Notes under the pieces: model-generated | Told to the model about the DNA's origin: nothing | Database searches by the model: none | What the model saw: the letters and a program-made list of their open reading frames with translations, nothing else | Program-made: the position numbers and the translations under genes | IMG/VR virus record: IMGVR_UViG_3300030047_000010 | Origin: a virus | Taxonomy: Duplodnaviria > Heunggongvirae > Uroviricota > Caudoviricetes | Reading direction: 5' to 3' (one strand) | DNA length: 10,957 nt | Shown: positions 5,094 to 10,957 of the stretch, piece by piece | Layout of the letters: each line of letters begins with the position of its first letter | How positions within the stretch are numbered: position 1 is the first letter of the stretch

Positions 5094-7840
5094 TTTATTT
5101 TATCCTGAAGCATAAAAAGAGCCTCAATACGAGAGGCCACAATCATGCGGCTTTTGAAGTACGCAGGCTTATTATAAAGGAGTTCCTTAAAAGTAGAACG
5201 CCAAAGAGAATAACGAAGGTATCGAGCACACACGTCAACGGAACTGCAAAATTTGGTACCTGTTGGGTACTTACACAACGATTTAATTCTACCCCAAGCA
5301 CGCACAAGAGCATTCTTAATACCTGTGTACGTATCACTACTGCAAGTATCACTAATCTCATGTGTGATACGAATTAAATCATGCAATGAAGAGAAACCGC
5401 AACTAACAGGACCCAATGCTGTCCAAAGAGCAGATGTGACAATACACTTTCCCGTTTTAGTATCAGCAGTATTACAAAAGCCACGACCAGCATAAACGAG
5501 AATACGAAGCAAACGAAGATTTCCGGTACACAAATAATCCTGCATAATATCAACTAGCAGGGCTTTCACGTTAGGAATACAAGGAGAGCTTAGTGAGTAA
5601 GTATTATGTTCTACTACAGAACGGCTACCACAAAAGATAGCTTCAAAAAAGAATCTACGAGTAGCTAGTGGTACAGACATGTTAGACAGTAACGACTCAA
5701 CCAAACATACAAGATAGTCCCTCTTACTACTATCAGAAGCAACCGGCGACGGACAACTAGCAATATCTGTTAAGGCATCAATAATAAAACTGATAGCTGA
5801 TGGGTGCATTTCTATACATAGCCTAATAACAATTAAAATATCACAGGATACAGACGTAGCACACTGTGCTTCTACAGCAACAGCAGCCTGAATCTCCCAC
5901 AACGATACGAGTTCCCTAATGATACCCGACAATTCCGTGCCACTTAATTCAGACACAAAGGGTCGTACCCGAAAAGCGTACTGACGAGCTAGAGATAAAA
6001 GCAACAGAGCATTTACTTTACTACTTCTTATACTTGAGTCAGAGGTATATTTATGATAATATAAACTATGCCTCCGTCCGCTAGTATACGAAGAAAGCAA
6101 ATAAACCTCTTGCAAAAGTTTAATATCTGGAACACCGTCCTGCACAGCCGCAGCTAAGCATTTAACAAAAGTAGACCCAAACTCATTCGTTGTAGGATTT
6201 TCCATGTGTAACAGATAAGCAGAACGCAAATGAACTAAATACTGAAACAGGAACTCAGAACTCTGCACGTAGGGAACATTATTATGCAACGCAGTTAACG
6301 GTTCAATTGACGTTCCAAAAAGCTCTTGCAGTCTTACAGTAGATTGCGGGTAGCCTACAAAAGGAGTTCGTGGACTTATAGCTATGTGATTTGGATCTCG
6401 CAAAGCTAGACTTTTGCGCAAATTAACAAAGATGCTACTCGTTTGACGTAGCTTAGAAACAAAAGAAACCGCATCACTGGAATCCCAAGACACAAAACAA
6501 GCAAAACCAAGCATCCTAGGTAGATGCTCTGCTAGATAGCTAATAGTTCTACACAACAAGGATCTTTGCTGAAACTTACCGCTATCAGGAAGAGCCCTAG
6601 ATACAGCAAAAACAAGAGTTCCAAAAGGATTAATGTAAGCTCGTAGATTTACAATATAGCCCTTGAACGAAAACTGCGCTGCAAAGTACTGGAAAACTGT
6701 AAGAATATGTAACCAAGGCTTATCAGTCTTTGTATCCCGAGTACCAGCAAAAAAAGCTACGTCCGGATCACGCTGAGCACATCCAGCAAAAAGCTGAAGA
6801 CCTAGTTCTCTGATAATAGGAACTGCTTGCGACAGCAAATCTGGAGGCTTCTGAGCGGAAATCCCAGCGCCATCTACATGAGGAATTCCAAGCTCACGAG
6901 CCAAATATCGGTAATTGTGCGACTTGTCTTTATAACTAAAACACGTAGCACGACAGGCAGTATCTAAAAAATGCTTACTTACAGATAGAACTGATTTCAG
7001 TTTTGACTCATACTGAGCTCCACCCATGGCACGTAGCTCAATAAGGCCCCTACCTAATTTAGAAAAATTGATAGAACGGTACTTCTCCCGATCCTCAACC
7101 ATACTTATATCAAGGTCACGAGATACGGCATGTTTCTCCAGCGATGCTCGCTTGAACCAGTCCCGATTAATAGTCACAGGAGCACAGTAGTGATTATCCT
7201 CACGATTAAACTCAGATAGAACGTTACTTGAAGAAAACCGAGTAAAAAACTCTAACCCGTCCAAGCAAGAACGTAATTTTGGGCTACCAACAGTAAAGTG
7301 GAGACCGCAAGAAGCATTGGTCTGACCGATAGCAGAAATAAAGCTAAAGATTAACGGTAAAAAAGCAAAACAAGCGTCTGCCTTCATAGGGGGTGTTATA
7401 AGCTCAATGACCGATGGGTATGCGTCTGTAGGCTTAACCGAACCATCATGCTCAAAGATCCAAATCCCCTTAGAACGTTCTACTGCATGGTAGCCAGAGC
7501 AAGCTGTGACATGGAAACGGGCGGCATCACAGCACGGGTTATACACACTAGACAAGACATGCGTAAAAATTTCAGCGGCAAACTCACGTGATACGGCAGA
7601 AATAAACTCAAACTCATAGCCCATGAGGAAGTCATCAGGCACCACCACAGGATCATCCACACAATGACAGAACTCAGGCAAAAATAACTGCTCCCTATAA
7701 TGAGCAGCTATAGTCTTACCTATGTACGATGCAACGGATTCATGATCACCACAACGCAGTAAATCCTCTACCATGCTTTTAGTGAAAGTAACACTCTGTA
7801 GAGAAACACCGACACTATCCCGAACAGTAAGACGTGGCAT
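5090..7840 (-). CDS. Putative amidoligase (COOH-NH2 ligase type 2, Amidoligase_2-like) with a large uncharacterised C-terminal region; paralog 2, 916 aa
   Basis: Residues about 70-315 carry GYE76FE78F, WIFEHD132GS, IE146LITPP, TNASC178GLH181F, NHY218C, EKYRSIN258FSKL and IE268LR270AMGG..YE, the motif order of this family. The remaining roughly 600 aa are not recognised. Confidence 0.82.
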   Translation of the reverse strand: MPRLTVRDSVGVSLQSVTFTKSMVEDLLRCGDHESVASYIGKTIAAHYREQLFLPEFCHCVDDPVVVPDDFLMGYEFEFISAVSREFAAEIFTHVLSSVYNPCCDAARFHVTACSGYHAVERSKGIWIFEHDGSVKPTDAYPSVIELITPPMKADACFAFLPLIFSFISAIGQTNASCGLHFTVGSPKLRSCLDGLEFFTRFSSSNVLSEFNREDNHYCAPVTINRDWFKRASLEKHAVSRDLDISMVEDREKYRSINFSKLGRGLIELRAMGGAQYESKLKSVLSVSKHFLDTACRATCFSYKDKSHNYRYLARELGIPHVDGAGISAQKPPDLLSQAVPIIRELGLQLFAGCAQRDPDVAFFAGTRDTKTDKPWLHILTVFQYFAAQFSFKGYIVNLRAYINPFGTLVFAVSRALPDSGKFQQRSLLCRTISYLAEHLPRMLGFACFVSWDSSDAVSFVSKLRQTSSIFVNLRKSLALRDPNHIAISPRTPFVGYPQSTVRLQELFGTSIEPLTALHNNVPYVQSSEFLFQYLVHLRSAYLLHMENPTTNEFGSTFVKCLAAAVQDGVPDIKLLQEVYLLSSYTSGRRHSLYYHKYTSDSSIRSSKVNALLLLSLARQYAFRVRPFVSELSGTELSGIIRELVSLWEIQAAVAVEAQCATSVSCDILIVIRLCIEMHPSAISFIIDALTDIASCPSPVASDSSKRDYLVCLVESLLSNMSVPLATRRFFFEAIFCGSRSVVEHNTYSLSSPCIPNVKALLVDIMQDYLCTGNLRLLRILVYAGRGFCNTADTKTGKCIVTSALWTALGPVSCGFSSLHDLIRITHEISDTCSSDTYTGIKNALVRAWGRIKSLCKYPTGTKFCSSVDVCARYLRYSLWRSTFKELLYNKPAYFKSRMIVASRIEALFMLQDKIN

Positions 7841-7846
7841 ACCTTT

Positions 7847-7875
7847 AATATAAGTATGCCTGTCAAATCTGTCAA
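7847..7875 (-). promoter_or_regulatory. Sigma70-type promoter, probably giving a leaderless mRNA for amidoligase paralog 2
   Basis: TTGACA (7875-7870), 17-nt spacer, TATATT (7852-7847), then AAAGGT and ATG (7840). A second TTGACA lies at 7866-7861 inside the spacer. Confidence 0.72.
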
Positions 7876-7882
7876 CTACAAA

Positions 7883-10603
7883 CTACGCAGTGGGCCGGTC
7901 TTTTATAGTTGCCTCTACCCGTATCAGAGCACGAGCGTAGTTCTGCAGAAGACTGATGTTAAACTCAGCTAACTGCTTCTTCTCTCCACCAAACATATAA
8001 GACACAACACCAGGAGTACCAGCACCAAGAGTAAAATTGTTAGTAGCTAACTGCTGTAGTGTCACAGGAGTATCATCAATAAACAAGGACTGTTGTAAAA
8101 TAGAGTGCAGTTTACCACAGTGTTGTGGGCGATCTTTCCGCCAGAACTGCGAACCCTCACCGAGGTATAAGTCAACATCTTCTGTAAACTTAGGCAACGT
8201 ATGTGCCCGACGAACTAAGGCTGTGTCTGATTCGGTGCAGGTGGCTAGACCATCAACCATACTTAGCAAATAACCACTTAAAACCAACCACAACTTTGTA
8301 CGGGGAGAAGATAAAAAGCCAGTTAACTGCGAGAATACATACCGAGTACAACCCATACGTAAATTCTCGGGAAGTGATGCATACATAGTCATAATGCCGT
8401 CATAAGCACTTAGAGCAACAGAGCCACTCTTGAGCATAGCAGCAAACAAAATAACAGCATGGTCCTTACGTGTCTGAGTTCTAGACTCCTCATCAACACC
8501 AGCAGCTAAATCCCACTTTATTAAAGGTTCTGTATCCCTAGAATCAGCAAGCTTTAGTAACTGATTCCTTGGTGTTGAATTATGTTGAGAACGCCAGAGT
8601 AGCAACTTTTCAGTATCTGGTATGTCTAAGTCATCAACTACCCAAATAAGGTTACAAAGATCTACGGGTTTAGAAGATAAAGCATGGATGAAATAATCAA
8701 AATTACCTAAAACTTGACCAAGCAGGAGTGCTTTAAGTTTCGGCTTTTGACAACAAAGGATGCACAATTTCTGAAGTTCTGTCCTATCTTTGCTTGCATT
8801 TGCTATGCTTAAATACAGACCTCTAAGCAACTCCGGCTCGGGTGCTTGTTCTATATACTCGTCTACCCGTGTCTGCAACTGAGCAGACATGGATAACTTA
8901 ATAGGAGCAGGTAAATTGGACGAACCTATCGAGGACACAGCACCACTTAGAATATCTAACACTTTATCAGACTCTAAGGGCACAGACGCAACAAAATCCC
9001 TTGCAAGTTCTGTATACATGCTAGACGGTAGTTTAATCAAATCTGAACCAACAGCACGAAATATATTGTGCAACGCTGATGGGTCATCCTGCTTACCGGC
9101 GTACTTAGCTAAGTTCCCTAGTATCTCGGGAGATGCTTCATACAACTGTTGAGCATCTTTGAAATGATTTTCAATATAGGATGAAGCATTATCAGCAAGA
9201 GCACCAACAAACTTATTTAGGTACTCAATTTGATATGTAGCAGCAGTCCGAAGAGCAGCCAAGCGAGCAGCTTTAATCATAGATGTAGCTGTTGGCTTAA
9301 CAAAAATACTAAGTAACATACTTATGTTATTAGATGTATGTACCTTAGCAGAAGGCTTCTTACCAAAATAATCAGATATCTTAGTATTTTCATCACCAAG
9401 TGTAGCAGCACTTTGGTTGCACTTATCTATTATATCCGCAGGTACACCAGGGAGATAGCTACCAACAGGTGTTAGCCTGATCAACTGAATTAATTTAGCA
9501 ATAGGAAACAGCGTTTTCATGTTACGAGATGCTTGATTTATATCAGCATGATCACAATCTAAGCGTATTGTAGGTTCATCCGGATCATATAAAACACACA
9601 AAGCCATATCAGCACTAATTACATAGTCAATAGCTGAAGAAAAACCCAACCGAGCGCGCATAGTGTAAGAAGTATTACCTAGTGACACAGACCACTGATA
9701 CTGCCATAACTGTGAACGGGAACCTAATTGATCTGGAACACCATTAGAAACTAATGGCGTATCAAACTGACCGACAGCGAGCAACTTACCAAATTTGTGA
9801 GCATAAACGTCAGGGTAAGCAGCATTGTCACACGCTACTATCAAAGCACTAGCTATTATACGACACACACGTAAAAAATCAGATCCTTTATTCTCATAGT
9901 CATAGCCACCGGGACTGCGAACTTCAATCAAGGGTGGATCATTATCTAACTTAGATAAGTTAATAGATGTAAATTTTTCTGTCTCGTATATCTCAGAAGG
10001 CTTTTCAGAGCAGATATCTTCAAGTATGTCTGGTATATTCTTACCAGATATTTCATAGTGGTCAAAAACATACTTACGCACATTGGCTAGATACAAAGCA
10101 GCATAATGATGCAGAGCCCTACCAAACGTATCTGCTATGCTAATGTCATTAATAAGAAGAGCAAACTTTATAGGGTCAATATTATCCAAATCTCTATAAG
10201 AAAAAGTAATATGAGCACCTGTACCTTTTACAGTACGCCCATGTTCCTTAATCAAATCTAGGACAGTCTCCAAATGTGAAGACCAATACGCAATGTTACG
10301 AGGAGGTGTCACCAACTCAATATCTGTCTCGTTTCCTCTAGTATGTATAGAAGAGTCACCTTCAACATTCCAGAGAGTATAGTCCTTATCGTCCTCATCA
10401 CTGCTGTGGTACCCATCGTATGTAGCAATATGATCAGTAGATATATTTAAGGAGTCACTAAGCTCAGACGCAAAATCTTCACGGCCCAAACGTGAAGCAA
10501 ACTCAAACTCAAAGCCAAAAGGTATACCAGCCAAGTCAGAATCAGACTTCCACAAAGAGAAACGATCTAACTTTGGGGTAGCAGCTACAACTTCACTAGA
10601 CAT
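7883..10603 (-). CDS. Putative amidoligase (COOH-NH2 ligase type 2, Amidoligase_2-like) with a large, probably helical C-terminal region; paralog 1, 906 aa
   Basis: Residues about 26-275 carry FGFE32FE34F, WNVEGD83SS, IE96LVTPP, GTGAH131IT, HHY, EKFTSIN215LSKL and IE227VR229SPGGYDYE. The C-terminal roughly 600 aa are Leu/Ala-rich and helical-looking. The start overlaps the amidase stop (TAATG), with GGAG 8 nt upstream. Confidence 0.82.
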   Translation of the reverse strand: MSSEVVAATPKLDRFSLWKSDSDLAGIPFGFEFEFASRLGREDFASELSDSLNISTDHIATYDGYHSSDEDDKDYTLWNVEGDSSIHTRGNETDIELVTPPRNIAYWSSHLETVLDLIKEHGRTVKGTGAHITFSYRDLDNIDPIKFALLINDISIADTFGRALHHYAALYLANVRKYVFDHYEISGKNIPDILEDICSEKPSEIYETEKFTSINLSKLDNDPPLIEVRSPGGYDYENKGSDFLRVCRIIASALIVACDNAAYPDVYAHKFGKLLAVGQFDTPLVSNGVPDQLGSRSQLWQYQWSVSLGNTSYTMRARLGFSSAIDYVISADMALCVLYDPDEPTIRLDCDHADINQASRNMKTLFPIAKLIQLIRLTPVGSYLPGVPADIIDKCNQSAATLGDENTKISDYFGKKPSAKVHTSNNISMLLSIFVKPTATSMIKAARLAALRTAATYQIEYLNKFVGALADNASSYIENHFKDAQQLYEASPEILGNLAKYAGKQDDPSALHNIFRAVGSDLIKLPSSMYTELARDFVASVPLESDKVLDILSGAVSSIGSSNLPAPIKLSMSAQLQTRVDEYIEQAPEPELLRGLYLSIANASKDRTELQKLCILCCQKPKLKALLLGQVLGNFDYFIHALSSKPVDLCNLIWVVDDLDIPDTEKLLLWRSQHNSTPRNQLLKLADSRDTEPLIKWDLAAGVDEESRTQTRKDHAVILFAAMLKSGSVALSAYDGIMTMYASLPENLRMGCTRYVFSQLTGFLSSPRTKLWLVLSGYLLSMVDGLATCTESDTALVRRAHTLPKFTEDVDLYLGEGSQFWRKDRPQHCGKLHSILQQSLFIDDTPVTLQQLATNNFTLGAGTPGVVSYMFGGEKKQLAEFNISLLQNYARALIRVEATIKDRPTA

Positions 10604-10615
10604 TAGACTAACTCC
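10601..10615 (-). promoter_or_regulatory. Translational-coupling junction: SD GGAG inside the amidase 3' end plus TAATG stop/start overlap
   Basis: Minus strand ...CGGAG-TTAGTC-TAATG; TAA at 10605-10603 and ATG at 10603-10601 share one base; GGAG at 10615-10612. Confidence 0.8.
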
Positions 10616-10957
10616 GAGTTTAACCCATTAAGCATTTCTATCAATTTTGGTTGTGGACTACAGTCCCACTTGTCTGTCCTATAATTAGCATGTGTACCAA
10701 TGCTATCATCAGCAAAAGCTGCTGGATTAAAATCAAACGATTTTGCATCCCATGTCTTAGCTTGGTACGTCCAATGAAACCTATTCTTAATCAGTGCAAT
10801 TAGAAGATCATGTAGAGCTGCAACCTGAGCATAAGTGTAAGCATGCCAGAACTGATAACCACGAAACTTGAACCCAAGATCAATAACCTGAGCTAAAGGA
10901 ACAACCTTATTTACATAATTGTAATACTGGCCATTTTTTACAGTCAAATACCCCCAG
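10603..10957 (-). CDS. N-acetylmuramoyl-L-alanine amidase (Amidase_2-like, endolysin-type), C-terminal part; 5'-truncated by the window edge
   Basis: The frame stays open upstream of the TTG used by the ORF track (codons TGG GGG TAT give WGYLTVKNGQYYNYVN). Contains FRGYQFWHAYTYAQVAAL (T-x-A-Q-x-x-A-L helix) and GTHANYRTDKWDCSP (H...K-x-D Zn-ligand segment) typical of this family. The N-terminal His and Glu motifs lie outside the window. Confidence 0.78.
   Translation of the reverse strand, partial: WGYLTVKNGQYYNYVNKVVPLAQVIDLGFKFRGYQFWHAYTYAQVAALHDLLIALIKNRFHWTYQAKTWDAKSFDFNPAAFADDSIGTHANYRTDKWDCSPQPKLIEMLNGLNSELV

Noticed and set aside
5171-5176. Perfect TATAAT inside the 3' end of amidoligase-2 as an internal nrdJ promoter
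   Set aside because: No acceptable -35 at 16-18 nt and no TG extension; explained by the Leu-Tyr-Asn codons.
1198-5495. Short plus-strand ORFs in the track (1198-1398, 1667-1900, 2077-2265, 3303-3521, 3929-4207, 4299-4487, 5030-5377, 5253-5495)
   Set aside because: All are antisense to long, motif-supported minus-strand genes, with no recognisable motifs or SDs; treated as shadow ORFs.
3415-7662. Short alternative-frame minus-strand ORFs (3415-3597, 3967-4218, 4225-4506, 5143-5361, 7480-7662)
   Set aside because: Nested out of frame within nrdJ or amidoligase-2. Their hydrophobic look follows from the T-rich coding strand, and there is no independent support.
8037-9152. Plus-strand ORFs 8037-8273, 8203-8388 and 8889-9152
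   Set aside because: Antisense to the 906-aa gene, short and without motifs.
7604-10513. Repeated aaactcaaactc strings (about 7604-7615 and 10499-10510), similar to those at 10-21 and 184-195
   Set aside because: They simply encode Glu-Phe-Glu-Phe in the ligase motif and FEFD in the sheath repeats; not a DNA-level repeat element.
10945-10947. TTG start given for the 114-aa ORF
   Set aside because: The frame is open to the window edge (W-G-Y precede it) and the N-terminal amidase motifs are absent, so this is an internal Leu of a truncated gene.
1-10957. Stop-codon reassignment (TAG or TGA recoding, as in some large phages)
   Set aside because: Genes are long and intact under the standard code, three end plausibly at TAG, and reading through the amidoligase-2 TAG adds only 10 residues before a TAA.
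1-10957. CRISPR array, tRNA/rRNA, transposase, integrase or att sites
   Set aside because: No regularly spaced repeats, cloverleaf or recombinase motifs seen; the intergenic gaps are all about 100 nt or less and are otherwise explained.

Overview
All well-supported genes lie on the minus strand and the content points to a large contractile-tailed (myovirus/jumbo-type) phage; this assignment is inferred, not database-checked. In transcription order (high to low coordinates): (1) the 3' part of an Amidase_2-type peptidoglycan amidase, cut by the window edge; (2) a 906-aa protein joined to it by a TAATG stop/start overlap and (3) a 916-aa paralog, both with an N-terminal amidoligase (COOH-NH2 ligase type 2) domain and about 600 aa of unrecognised, probably helical C-terminal sequence; (4) a monomeric class II (B12-dependent) ribonucleotide reductase, nrdJ, with a 158-aa mini-intein inserted directly after the thiyl-radical Cys (NPC|S); (5) an intrinsic terminator; (6) a 337-aa probable tail terminator/completion protein; (7) a probable tail sheath gene of at least 469 aa that runs off the window, is missing from the supplied ORF track, and carries 'PxDG...TFEFD' repeats. 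The short intergenic regions are informative. A TTGACA-17-TATATT promoter sits at leaderless distance from the second amidoligase, and a roughly 95-nt hairpin pairs that gene's stop codon region with the nrdJ Shine-Dalgarno. The best candidates for an undescribed system are the amidase-coupled tandem giant amidoligases and the apparently separate 'amidoligase-2 + nrdJ' transcription cassette. All motif calls are by eye; no searches or folding programs were run.
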